A stretch of 64,000 nt of DNA, from positions 126,226 to 190,225 of IMG/VR virus record IMGVR_UViG_3300030329_006012. One strand, 5' to 3'. The position numbers and the translations under genes were made by a program. Below are positions 8,485 to 18,700 of the stretch, in pieces. The notes under the pieces are model-generated. The model made no database searches. It saw only the letters and a list, made by a program, of their open reading frames with translations, and was not told the origin of the DNA. Source of the stretch: a virus. Each line of letters begins with the position of its first letter. Position 1 is the first letter of the stretch.

Positions 8485-8530
8485 AAAACCCTTGCTATTT
8501 CCGCACAGTTTAGTATAATGGGTACATCTT
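8485..8530 (+). promoter_or_regulatory. Early promoter, copy A
   Basis: A-tracts, TTGCTA-16-TATAAT; 12-nt and 25-nt blocks identical to copy B at 18536-18581. Confidence 0.8.
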
Positions 8531-8553
8531 AAACAGACAAAGGAAACAAAATT

Positions 8554-11500
8554 ATGGCCCATCCCTCAGTACCATTTATCTATACCCGCAAAGACTACAT
8601 CCAAAACAACGCTTGCACCCACCAACAGTATTATCGCCAGCTTGTCAAGCCAGCACTGTTGGATATGGTCAAGAATTATTTTGGCATGGAGGCTCTCATG
8701 AGCCCGAAGAATGACGGACACTTCAACCACCTCGCACTCAAGAAGTGGGATCGTTTGGCGTACAACGTCCATATGCCCACGGATGCAGATTGGAAAATGG
8801 TTGGTGACTTCCGCACCCAAGCAGGTTGCGTATGTGTATTGAAACAAGCAGCCGCGATGGTTGTCGAACAAGAAAAGGCAGGTGAATAATGAAAGAATTT
8901 GCCATTTGGGGCATTCCCCCTAACAAAACTGAAGAAGATTTGCTTTTCACAAAGGCAACCTCTATGGAAGATGCCGAAGAATATGTTAAAATCTTTACTG
9001 AACAATTCGGCGCAACCAAGGTAAGAATTCAGGTCATTGACATGAACGAATGCCCCTCTAAACTCTTTAAATCAAAGGATATTGTAAATGTATAACGAAC
9101 ACGACACTTTAGCAGAAAACTTTGCCACCCGTTTAGTTGATGATATGGATATGGGCACCCTTGTCCAAATAGCAATAGAAAACTTAACTGATTATTATCG
9201 TGATGAGTACACACTTGAGCAATTGAAGACTGAAATCGAAGACAATGGTTGTTACGACGATTTACTGGAGAATTTATAATGAAATTTAAACCGAATGCAA
9301 ATGCAACCAAGCGAACCAAAAACCGCTTCAGCGAACACACGATTATTCCTGTGAAGGATGACGAAAGCCCCATGTCGAGCCAATTCAGTGAGTTTGCCGA
9401 CAATGTTCATGGCTTCGTTGGGCGAACCTGTCAATCGTTCTGTAGTGTTGAGCGTAACAGCAAAGACCCAAAATGGCCGCGATGGTTTGGCTGGATTCCG
9501 GTTGACGAAATTGAAGAAGTAGAAGGAGAATAACATGAACCCAAAGACAGAGAACACAAAAACAGGCACCTTTTCAACGTGGACTACCACCGATCTGGAT
9601 GGCACCTACAAAGAGGTGGGCCTGTACCGTACCAACAGCGGCAAAGTGGAGCGTAAAATGTTTGACACCGTTCGAGCAGCACTAGACTATGGCTTTGCCA
9701 ATGGTTATCACCACCGAAGCCACATTAGCTACAGCGATTTCTTAGCGGGAAAAGGAGAATAAAATGACATATCAAGTGGTGATAAAAAGAGATGGTGACG
9801 CAACGGAGAACGAAGGTGCGGTTATCGCATCCTTTGTTACGAGAGAGTGTGCCAATGCCTTTGTTGATGGTGTTGAGTATGTAAACGACTCAAGCTTGCT
9901 TGTTGCAGTGGTAGAAATCGAGCGACCGGATGAAGCACAAGAGCGATACGATTGGGGAGAAGAATAAAATGACTGAGCAGCAAGAATTACAAGCCGTGTT
10001 AGAATACCTTAATGTAACTGAGGAACAGTTCTTCGAAATTATGGAAGTAGCCTACAAAAAGGTTATCAAAAAGCGTGTAGAGAAAGACAACCCACCACCC
10101 TTACGGAATTTATAATATGGATATTCAGAAGTACCACCAGGTGATTAGAGATTTAGCCCGTTACGAATTTGGGTGCGGCATATACACGCGCCCCTCTAAC
10201 CCCTCACAAGAGGTTCAGGTTGAGAACCTGCAACTCAAAATAGCAGAACACTACCCCGATTTGAAATCCGCCAAGCAAGCCCTTAAACAAGTTGAAAAAG
10301 GAAAACATAATGATTATATGTCCATCCATTAAATCCCCCCGCATTAACAACCATCTTAAAAACACCTTTGGTGTTGATCGCGAAGAAGCAATCCTTGATG
10401 AAGTGTGCGTACCCGCGCCTATCGGTTGCGGCAAGCCTGTTATCAAGTTTCGCACCGAGGCAGACGCGAAAGAATTTGAAATCTCAGGACTTTGCCAGTC
10501 CTGCCAAGACAACCTTTTTGACGGAGAATAACATGGAAGATAGATTAAACACAATTTTAAACATTTTTGAACGAGCGTTGGTAGAGAACTTCAAAGGAGA
10601 GAAGTCAGACTACTCTCTAAAGAATGACTACATTGACATGAAGTACGACTTCTTGAAGCTGTTGCTTGAGGCAACCCACAAACAACCAACCAACTTTAAC
10701 TTTGACTTGTTTCAGGAAAAAGTTAAATCAACCAGTCCCCTTATGCAAGACAGTTTCAAGAGATTTGAAAACACCGAAGCATTTTCCCTTACCAGAACCA
10801 TCAACGATTAGGAGTTATCATGATTGAAATTCAAAACCTCACCACTAAAGTATTAATGGCATCACGCCCACATTGCCCTGACGTAAGCCTGTTGGCCTTC
10901 TTGTCTGAGCTTGGCAGATTGGACGACAATGGACGTGAGCAAGTCTTAGAGACAGCGCGTGTTGCTTATGATGATTATAACCAGCGAACTCAGATGCTTT
11001 ACCAAGGCCCATTTGATCAAGCTTGTTACAACGATTAGCTCAGGAGCATAAGATGAAGTTAGAAAACTTTAATTCAATTGTTGGTAAAATGATAGCCTAC
11101 GAAGGTGGGGAAATGAACGAAGAAGAGGTGGTGGAGTTCTTTCAGGAACTACTTGACCGCAGACTTATCAACAGTTTGCAGGGAAGCTACCAACGAACTG
11201 CAGCACTTTTGCTGGAGCTTGGACATATCGATTTGCGGGAGGCAAAATGAGAGCATCAGACTTCTTAAACCAAGATATGGTTACTGACATCATGTCAAAT
11301 ATGCACCCTGACAGCAGCTCGATTGAGTGTGTTATGTTGCAGCAGGTGAATGGTGTCAACTCGTTCAAGTCGGGCACCAAAGAAATTAATCCCTTTATTC
11401 TTGCTGAGGTTACCAATGGTAACAGCTTTTCTCAGTACCTCAAAGGCTCTATCGTGCTTGTTCCAAGGAACAACTGTCACTTCTTGCCTAGCAAAGTTGG

Positions 11501-11809
11501 GCAGACAGGCCAATGGTTCCGCTTCTTCATTGCGGAAAAGCACGTCAAGGGCATTGCCCACAACAATGGCAAGTGGAACATCTCAGAAGCCAACAGGTGG
11601 GGCTCTTAATGACGTTCTTGGAGTGGGAGATATACTACCATTGGGAGTTAGAGGACGCTGTGGAGACAACCAAGGGGCTCATAGAGGCTGCCAATGGCAT
11701 CCTGCCACAGAAGCAGATAGAGGCCCTGAGAACGCTTGTGAGCCTTGCAGAACACGTAGCCGATAGAGGCACACTAGATGAGGAGACTAACAAATGGAAA
11801 ATAAAGTAA
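8554..11809 (+). other. Early-type array of ~14 small hypothetical genes
   Basis: Coupled ORFs with GGAG SDs: 8554-8889, 8889-9095, 9088-9279, 9279-9533, 9535-9762, 9764-9967, 9969-10115, 10117-10332, 10310-10531, 10533-10811, 10820-11038, 11053-11250, 11247-11609, 11609-11809. Confidence 0.75.
10310..10531 (+). CDS. Small Zn-finger-like phage protein
   Basis: CV...CG...FRTE...EFEISGLCQSCQD. Confidence 0.6.
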   Translation: MIICPSIKSPRINNHLKNTFGVDREEAILDEVCVPAPIGCGKPVIKFRTEADAKEFEISGLCQSCQDNLFDGE

Positions 11810-12027
11810 CAAACAGCAGGGGAGACAGCCACCTTCAAGCTGGAGATTTAGTTAGAGAGGTTTCTATAAGGGCACTCAAGAAGGGTTCGCCCTATCAGTT
11901 GGGTATTGTCTTATCCATTATTAATTTTGATAGGGATGTTCACAAGAATTCTGCCAAAATCAAGTGGCCTGATTGCGCGGATCCTTTGTGGCACCCAACG
12001 CGAAGGCTGGAGAAGATGAGTGATTAA
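11794..12027 (+). CDS. Small SH3/KOW-like 'GDLV' protein
   Basis: LQAGDLVREV...LGIVL...IKW. Confidence 0.65.
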   Translation: MENKVTNSRGDSHLQAGDLVREVSIRALKKGSPYQLGIVLSIINFDRDVHKNSAKIKWPDCADPLWHPTRRLEKMSD

Positions 12028-12229
12028 GCCTGGAGATTTGGTTAAGCATGAAGATGCTGAATTTAGCCCTGTGCCAGCCTACAGAGATCAGGTTGGTCTT
12101 GTCCGCGCATACGACAAGGGAAGTGACGGCACCACACTTTTATCTTTCGTGGAAGTGGTGTGGCTACCTTACACTGGTGGGTGTCGAACGTTCCACCACA
12201 CAGACGCACTAAAGAAGGTAGAGCAATGA
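12020..12229 (+). CDS. Small SH3/KOW-like 'GDLV' protein
   Basis: MIKPGDLVKH...VGLV...VEVVW. Confidence 0.7.
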   Translation: MIKPGDLVKHEDAEFSPVPAYRDQVGLVRAYDKGSDGTTLLSFVEVVWLPYTGGCRTFHHTDALKKVEQ

Positions 12230-12456
12230 AGGTTGGAGATTTAGTCAGGGCAAAGTACGTGGGTTATGAGGGGGAAAGACAAGTCTTTCTTATTACCACG
12301 GTAAGGCGACTAGAGGATCATCCCTTCTTCAAGCAAGGCGGCATGCTCTGCCCTGCTGACCACAACCGCGTCGATGCCGTATCGCGCTGCATCAAGACAG
12401 GCTGGCTACACTACATTGTTGCAAGCCGCAACGAAGATTATGAGGTAATATCATGA
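12226..12456 (+). CDS. Small SH3/KOW-like 'GDLV' protein
   Basis: MKVGDLVRAK. Confidence 0.7.
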   Translation: MKVGDLVRAKYVGYEGERQVFLITTVRRLEDHPFFKQGGMLCPADHNRVDAVSRCIKTGWLHYIVASRNEDYEVIS

Positions 12457-12725
12457 TGAGCATAGGAGATTTGGTAAGGTATGACCCCAAGATGTTCAGG
12501 GAGCCCACATTGTCTGAGAAGCAGTCTCGCCCCTTTGGTTGGCTAAAGGATGACTACGAAGGCACAGAACAGGGATGGGTAGGGCTGGTCCTAAAAGTAG
12601 ATGAGAACATGTGGGGGAACCGATGGCACCACAAGCAAGACAATGGGCTTGGCTATGAGATTCAATGGAGCCACGGACTTAGAGAAAAAGTATATGCTTT
12701 TGAGATAGAAGAGGTTGAGGAATGA
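12453..12725 (+). CDS. Small SH3/KOW-like 'GDLV' protein
   Basis: MSIGDLVRY...VGLVL...YEIQW. Confidence 0.7.
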   Translation: MMSIGDLVRYDPKMFREPTLSEKQSRPFGWLKDDYEGTEQGWVGLVLKVDENMWGNRWHHKQDNGLGYEIQWSHGLREKVYAFEIEEVEE

Positions 12726-13498
12726 AAAAGAAAGAATTTAAAAACGGAGTTGTTTATCTCGGAGATTGCCAGGAAGTAATGGCATCACTAGACAGGAATT
12801 CAATTGAGGTGTGTGTTACATCACCACCTTACAATCTTAACAAGAGATATTCAAACTACGACCACTCAAAGACTAGCAAGTCAATGACGGAGAAGTATGA
12901 CAAGTGGTATGAAGATGATATGCCAGAATGGGAATACCAAGGCTGGCAACAGTCAGTCATTCACTCTCTGATGAGAGTCTGTGCCAGTAGCATCTTCTAT
13001 AACCACAAGGTTCGCTTCGCTTGGCACAACCGCAACATCTTTCGTTCTGAGAGCAACCTGCACCATCCGATGCAATGGTTGGCCAAGTTCCCCATCTGGT
13101 GTGAGATCATATGGGACAGGTGCGGCATAGGCAACCCATCAAGACGCTACCACATTCAGGAGGAGCGAGTCTACCAGATTCAGAAGCCCCGCAAGTGGAG
13201 CAATGACATGGGCCTAACCAACGTGTGGAAGATTCCGCCATCAAGAAATGATGGGCACGTCTGCACCTTCCCAGAGAAATTGGTTGAGAACTGTATCTTG
13301 CCTACCACAGAAGAAGGTGACACGATCATTGATCCCTTCTTGGGCTCTGGCACCACTGCAGTCGTGGCTATCAAGCACAACCGTCGCTTCATCGGCATCG
13401 AAAAGGACGAAGAATACTTCAAGCTGGCCTGTGAGAACATTGCAAAGGCAGAAGAAAACAGCACAAAGAAAGTACTTGACACATCCCCAAGGGTGTGA
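12722..13498 (+). CDS. Site-specific DNA methyltransferase (N4/N6, beta-type motif order)
   Basis: Motif IV TSPPY is N-terminal; motif I DPFLGSGTT is C-terminal; HVCTFPEKL. Confidence 0.92.
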   Translation: MKKKEFKNGVVYLGDCQEVMASLDRNSIEVCVTSPPYNLNKRYSNYDHSKTSKSMTEKYDKWYEDDMPEWEYQGWQQSVIHSLMRVCASSIFYNHKVRFAWHNRNIFRSESNLHHPMQWLAKFPIWCEIIWDRCGIGNPSRRYHIQEERVYQIQKPRKWSNDMGLTNVWKIPPSRNDGHVCTFPEKLVENCILPTTEEGDTIIDPFLGSGTTAVVAIKHNRRFIGIEKDEEYFKLACENIAKAEENSTKKVLDTSPRV

Positions 13499-13504
13499 TA
13501 AAAT
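13476..13504 (+). promoter_or_regulatory. Sigma70 promoter inside the 3' end of the MTase gene
   Basis: TTGACA-17-TAAAAT with TG extension. Confidence 0.8.
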
Positions 13505-13510
13505 GTAATC

Positions 13511-13616
13511 AAGAGAGGGATCATCTTCCCCTGCCTCAACCGGGTGTATGTACGTAATCCTCATACACTTGACGGGCAGCAAGTCGGCAGGGGCAACTGC
13601 TCATCTCTCTCGTTTT
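13511..13616 (+). ncRNA. Candidate ~100-nt structured RNA / 5' leader
   Basis: Nested stems GAGAGGGAT/ATCTCTCTC, CCCCTGCC/GGCAGGGG, GTGTATG/CATACAC; starts at predicted +1; followed by TTTT. Confidence 0.6.
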
Positions 13617-13630
13617 AACAAGGAGATACT

Positions 13631-13822
13631 ATGGAGTGGATGACACACCGAGCGGAACTGGAACAGAGAGTAACTACGTTAGAGATGGTGCTGGTGGCAA
13701 CACACAAGGCACTTGGAAACATTAAAGAGGATGTTCACTTCTATGGTGCGGCCAACGCAGCAGATAGTCTGGACGAACTTCAGGACAAACTAGAAGAGGT
13801 GATACAGTGTTTGAATTCTTAG
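13631..13822 (+). CDS. Hypothetical coiled-coil protein
   Basis: AAGGAG SD. Confidence 0.75.
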   Translation: MEWMTHRAELEQRVTTLEMVLVATHKALGNIKEDVHFYGAANAADSLDELQDKLEEVIQCLNS

Positions 13823-13828
13823 TGTTAT

Positions 13829-14209
13829 TTGGTATCTTTTATATTTGTTTATGTCAAACCAAGGAGTACAACCGTGACTAAAATTAACCCTTTTGATTTG
13901 CCAACTGAAGAAGAGCGTAGAGTACGAATTGTCCTTAAAAACATTGAGTGGGACACCAACACTTCTACGGGCTACCATGATTATATTAACCAGAAGCTCC
14001 CATCTACGATGAGCATCCCTGTTGACAGCAACCTTCCGGAAGAAGAGATGGTGGCTGCAGCCATCGATTCAGCTTCGGACGTGTGGGGATTCTGCATCAC
14101 TGATTGCGATGTTGAACCCGTTGACTATGGCTCACCTAAAGCAGACGATTCGTATGCCAGTGGAGACTCACTATCTGACACCCTTGATTATGAGGGGGAG
14201 ATATTCTAA
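13829..14209 (+). CDS. Hypothetical protein
   Basis: Open frame; true start is probably the GTG after AAGGAG near 13876. Confidence 0.65.
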   Translation: MVSFIFVYVKPRSTTVTKINPFDLPTEEERRVRIVLKNIEWDTNTSTGYHDYINQKLPSTMSIPVDSNLPEEEMVAAAIDSASDVWGFCITDCDVEPVDYGSPKADDSYASGDSLSDTLDYEGEIF

Positions 14210-14538
14210 TGGCTCTTACTATGGACGAGTTTTATAACATTGAGAGGGAGATGAGAAGCCATCGTGCCAATATGAGATATTACGAGGAATACTCACAGCG
14301 ATGGACAGACGCAAGGTTGGAATTAGAAAGACTTCAGGGGGTAAAAAAAGAAAACCACATGGTTCCAAAAGTCGGTGATTTAATCACAGATGAGCAATAC
14401 CCAAATGAAGGCGCCGCAGTCGTGCTAGAGGTCGGGGACAGAAGAAGAGAGTCGGATGTTTACCGAGTGTTGGCTCCGAAGGGAGTTATGTGGCTTAACA
14501 AGGGATATGTAGAATATCAGTGTCGCTTGTTATCTTAG
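14209..14538 (+). CDS. Coiled coil + SH3/KOW-like protein
   Basis: C-terminal PKVGDLITD...AVVLEV...YRVL. Confidence 0.65.
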   Translation: MALTMDEFYNIEREMRSHRANMRYYEEYSQRWTDARLELERLQGVKKENHMVPKVGDLITDEQYPNEGAAVVLEVGDRRRESDVYRVLAPKGVMWLNKGYVEYQCRLLS

Positions 14539-14553
14539 GAGCTAGTTATATGT

Positions 14554-14646
14554 ATGGAAGGATACGCTGGAGTTTTCTTATATATAACGCTGCTAATAGC
14601 AGGTTTCAACCTCCTAGTTTTTTTATTAACACACACACCCCTTTAA
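14554..14646 (+). CDS. Micro membrane protein (30 aa)
   Basis: MEGYAGVFLYITLLIAGFNLLVFLLTHTPL; preceded by GCTAGTTAT. Confidence 0.45.
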   Translation: MEGYAGVFLYITLLIAGFNLLVFLLTHTPL

Positions 14647-14791
14647 GATTGGAGCAATATGTGTTATGTTAAGTTATGGTTTTTGCAAAAATATGTGATG
14701 AAGCTCTCAAAGGCAATTGGTATTTGCTCTATTTGGCAGACATAATTGTCTGGTTTGCCGTAGGCTACATTTGTGGCGGAGGAATGATAAG

Positions 14792-15097
14792 ATGAAAAAG
14801 ACTATACCAGATGTTAGTGAAATTTTAAATGCTTGTGATAAAAAAACTAGGTTTTCGATAAGAAGGCCAGAAGATGCGAAGGAGAAGGCAGTGGAAGATA
14901 TGTTAGAGAACGAAGCGCCAGGAATGATGGATTTTACGACTATGACGTTGGGAGATCTCATTGGTGCGGCCCACTCTTTTAACCGAGAGATGTTGAGTTC
15001 GGCTGCAGATACGGATCAGAGAGTAGCCTATTTTACTCTTTTTGCTTTTGAGGAGCGAGCAAAACGACTTCAGGAGCATTTTGAGCATGTTCAATAA
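14792..15097 (+). CDS. Hypothetical protein
   Basis: Start MKKTIPD after GGAGG. Confidence 0.65.
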   Translation: MKKTIPDVSEILNACDKKTRFSIRRPEDAKEKAVEDMLENEAPGMMDFTTMTLGDLIGAAHSFNREMLSSAADTDQRVAYFTLFAFEERAKRLQEHFEHVQ

Positions 15098-15299
15098 ATT
15101 TAAAAAAGACGATTTAGTGGCCTATTCTGCTTATCCCAATTCTATTCCACTGGGCATTGTCAAGGAAATTAAAGAAAAGAAGGGCAAAGCAGTTGTGATG
15201 GTTTATGTTCTTGACACCTGCATCGAAGATGAGGTTGGGGTAGTTAAGTGTGTGCCCTATCATAAACTTGAGAAAGTGGCAGAGGGTGTTTTAACATGA
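15087..15299 (+). CDS. Small SH3/KOW-like protein
   Basis: FKKDDLVAY...LGIVKEI. Confidence 0.65.
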   Translation: MFNKFKKDDLVAYSAYPNSIPLGIVKEIKEKKGKAVVMVYVLDTCIEDEVGVVKCVPYHKLEKVAEGVLT

Positions 15300-15481
15300 G
15301 TCTGTCTTTAAACTCAGAACAGCTTACTTACCTCTATGAGACACTACATGATCGTAAGACCATGAAGAAGGTGTTTAGGGATTCTAAAAAACAGAAGCGA
15401 CTTTGTGACAAAATAATGTCTCTTATTGAAGGAGAGATTCTACAACATTCGTCGGAGGAAGAGGTACATGACAAAGGATGA
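15296..15481 (+). CDS. Hypothetical protein
   Basis: ATGA coupling. Confidence 0.6.
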   Translation: MSLSLNSEQLTYLYETLHDRKTMKKVFRDSKKQKRLCDKIMSLIEGEILQHSSEEEVHDKG

Positions 15482-15494
15482 TGGCTGTGTGTTT

Positions 15495-15755
15495 ATGTAT
15501 GAAGTGGGAGACTTGGTTGAGTTGGCTCGGTTTGGATACGCCCCAATTGATGATAAAGACAGGGTGTTCGGGACAATCATCGGGAAGATAGAGCCGATTG
15601 ACTATTATGTGCCACGATACAAGGTTCGGATTCAATACAAATCCCACGATAGGGAAAACGCGCTAGATGAGTACGTTCTTGCAGGTAAAGAGCGCATCAT
15701 CACGGTGATGGAGTACGACATCGCGGGAAAGACAACAGGGGACTCTCAGGAGTAG
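15495..15755 (+). CDS. Small SH3/KOW-like 'GDLV' protein
   Basis: YEVGDLVEL...FGTII...YKVR; start may be 15468. Confidence 0.65.
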   Translation: MYEVGDLVELARFGYAPIDDKDRVFGTIIGKIEPIDYYVPRYKVRIQYKSHDRENALDEYVLAGKERIITVMEYDIAGKTTGDSQE

Positions 15756-15772
15756 GCGCTTGCGCCGCAAAC

Positions 15773-16126
15773 TTGACGGAAATTTTTTTTATGACAGGGG
15801 GCAAAGAGCGGCTAAAAAAAGGTGATTTGGTGCTAGTGCAGCCCATGCGATACTGCTATACCTTCACTTCGGGCAGCATAGAAAGCCTCAACACAGAAGG
15901 CCACACTAAAGATTCCCCCAACCACACAGCACACCATTGGACAGAGGATGGTTTCAAGGCCCGTGTCATTAGCGTTGAAACACTACTTACCCCCCACAAT
16001 GAAGAGGAATATGTAGAAGTAAAGCTCTTTGGGAGAGGTAGAAAGCACTTTGTGAAACGGAATGAAGAGAAAACCAAGGTGGTTTGGGTTCAAAGGCGCC
16101 TAGTTAGTAAGTGTAAGGAAGAATAA
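15773..16126 (+). CDS. SH3/KOW-like 'GDLV' protein
   Basis: LKKGDLVLV. Confidence 0.6.
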   Translation: MTEIFFMTGGKERLKKGDLVLVQPMRYCYTFTSGSIESLNTEGHTKDSPNHTAHHWTEDGFKARVISVETLLTPHNEEEYVEVKLFGRGRKHFVKRNEEKTKVVWVQRRLVSKCKEE

Positions 16127-16149
16127 AAAAAGGAGACTAACCAACCAAA

Positions 16150-16440
16150 GTGACCGTCATTAGAGACTACATCGATTACCCACCTGCAAAACCAGGAGAC
16201 TTAGTGAGGTTATACAATTGCTACACTTCCCATGTGGAAAACCCAGCAACAATTGTTGGCCTTTTGTTGGGAACGAGTTGGGAGGCACAGTTTGAGTTTT
16301 ATGAAGTGGCAGTCTTGCAGGACGAACAGGGGTATGGCGGATATGTTCAGCGATACTTAACTAGCGATTTCTTTGTGGGTGTGCTTCCGCCACCTGCAGA
16401 AAGTGAGGAGGAAAAAGATGAGCAGAAAGAAAAAGAATAA
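16150..16440 (+). CDS. SH3/KOW-like 'GDLV' protein
   Basis: AKPGDLVRL...VGLLL...YEV. Confidence 0.65.
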   Translation: MTVIRDYIDYPPAKPGDLVRLYNCYTSHVENPATIVGLLLGTSWEAQFEFYEVAVLQDEQGYGGYVQRYLTSDFFVGVLPPPAESEEEKDEQKEKE

Positions 16441-17832
16441 ATACAGCACAAAGCAGGACAATGTTCCGCATGATGATGAAGAGAGAAAGAGAATGATTGA
16501 AGAGTTTATCTCCCAGAACGCAGAAGATGGAGAGTGCTTTCAGTGCTATGAGGCAATTCCCTATGAAGGGGCTCAGATGGTTCGTTCCACTGTGCGCGGC
16601 AAGGGCAAGAGATCAGAATAAATAAAAAAGAAGAAGGAGCCCAAGATGATGAGAAAGTTTTTATATGAAGACATGGCAGATGCCATAAAGAAGTTGAAGG
16701 CACTAGGAAGAGCCGTGAGTCCCGATACAATAACCAGAAAAGATTTGGTTGACTTAACCAGAGCAAAGGCCAATTGGAACATGGAGCCAGAAGAGATGGA
16801 AGTGGTAAACCAAAACACTAAGCTCGCTACAGACACTCCAACAAGGCCAGACCGTGGCGGCAATAAGATGCCAGATCTTGCGGGTGACACGGACTTCACC
16901 GATACTGCAGCAACACCAGTTAATGATACAGAGGTTGATGGTGGAAGCACAACTGCAATGGTGAGCGCCCTTCAAGACAAGAAGGATGAACTCGCAGACT
17001 CTATTGCATTGGCATTGGAGCCAGAACTTGCCAACGCAGAACCAGATCTTAAACAGAAGATTGCCAAAGCTATCGAGGCAACACTTCTTGGCCATTAAGC
17101 TACGGGGTTACAGCCATGAAAAAGTCTTGGGAAGACATCACCAAAGAAGTTGAAGAAGAAATGTTAAAGAGATTTAACAGCGTCCCACTAGAGCAGAGAG
17201 CCAAGCTCGGCATCGAACCCGGAAGCGATCCTAAGTGTTATGAGAATCGACAATGGGTGCAGTGCTATGTTCAAATGCTCGCGTGGAAAGACAAGTGCCG
17301 CCAACTGCATGAGCAATTAAATCCTGTAAAGCTCGTGAAGGAAAAACCTGCGGGAACTAAAAAAATAAAAAAGAAAAAGAGCAAATAATGAGCAACAGAA
17401 AAGAGATGCTAGAGATAAGAGACTTTAAGAGAGAACTATACGCTGCAGTGTTTGCTAATGACTCAGCGCAATTGTTGGAAGCATGGTATGGGCCAGAAGG
17501 TGGCCGAGAAGTTTATCTTTTAACTGCAGCACTTAAAATACCAAAGATAAAAGCAGCTATCCACAAGGCCGTTGAATGGACTCAGGAAGAGAATGCCTCT
17601 AACCAAGAGTAAGATAACAGAACTCAATGCAGAGATAGCTTATCATGAAGTGTTATTCAGGAGGGGTAAGATATCCTATGAACAGTTTGAGGCTGAGAGA
17701 CACAAGCTTATAGGGGAGTATTATATGAAGTACTATGATGATGAAATGAATTGCTTGCTAGACTATGAGAAAGACTCAGAGCCCAAAGGGTTGTTGGGTG
17801 TTGCAGTTAAGCTGCTAAGAAAGTTGTTCTAG
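16418..17832 (+). other. Five hypothetical genes
   Basis: ORFs 16418-16621, 16646-17098, 17116-17388, 17388-17612, 17593-17832, closely packed. Confidence 0.65.
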
Positions 17833-18131
17833 TGAAGATTGGCCAACCAACCTATAGTGTGGGAGACCTAGTGAAGATAAGGGCCTCTAACTATTATTAT
17901 TGGGATGGCCCAAGGGAAAGCGTGGTCAGCGGATCTTACGGTTTAGTGGTTGGTAAGACTAACAGTTGGTATGAAGCGTATGAAGAAGCTCGCACTGATG
18001 ATAGGGGAGGCACACGCTATTGGGATAATGTTAATTATTCTCCTTACAGGGTTTGGATATGTGGAACTAATGACTTTGAATGGATTAGTCCTGAGTATAT
18101 GGAGCCAGCTTATAAGGATAAAAAAGGTTGA
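17832..18131 (+). CDS. SH3/KOW-like 'GDLV' protein
   Basis: YSVGDLVKI...YGLVV...YRVW. Confidence 0.7.
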   Translation: MKIGQPTYSVGDLVKIRASNYYYWDGPRESVVSGSYGLVVGKTNSWYEAYEEARTDDRGGTRYWDNVNYSPYRVWICGTNDFEWISPEYMEPAYKDKKG

Positions 18132-18535
18132 TTTTATTAGTTCCTGCGAATTGCCATTAATGGGGATGGTATATTAAGCAGGTTGGCTTGTGGGGTAACG
18201 TGAGGCCAGTTGAGGATCTAAGGGGGGTTTGGTGGTAAATGGTGGATCGTAGTGCATAACCCTAGCGCATACGCTAACTAGATCCCATCGCTAAAAAGTG
18301 ATCTCTGTTTCCCTTTATTAAACGCCTACTTGCAACCCTGCGCCATGCCGCTACACCTGCCTATCTGCCCGTAATTGCTACTCTTTCTACCCCTTGCAGT
18401 GCGCCAATCCGATGCATTATGCAGATCCGGCCCTAAGCCATTCTACGCCACCTCTGCAAGTCAAGCAAATTCGCCTAACCCCCCGAAATCATTGAATTGT
18501 CGCTTTTTGCGTAAGTGCGCGGAACTAAAGGAATA

Positions 18536-18581
18536 AAAACCCTTGCTTTCCTTGCTCAGTTTAGTATAATGGGTACATCTT
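18536..18581 (+). promoter_or_regulatory. Early promoter, copy B
   Basis: TTGCTT-16-TATAAT; CAGTTTAGTATAATGGGTACATCTT identical to copy A. Confidence 0.8.
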
Positions 18582-18700
18582 GAAAGGGAGGCAGCAAAAA
18601 TGAACAAGTAGGGCGCAGGAGAGAAATCCAATTGAGCAAGACGTCGTGGGCTCCGGAAACAACACCTTAAACAAAAGCGAAACCGAAAAGGAAATAAGCA

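Noticed and set aside
13511-13616. Identity as SRP RNA, SAM-I or cobalamin riboswitch
   Set aside because: Lacks the SRP CAGG/GNRA/AGCA arrangement, the SAM-I AUC...GAU core and the cobalamin-box order; only short fragments resemble them
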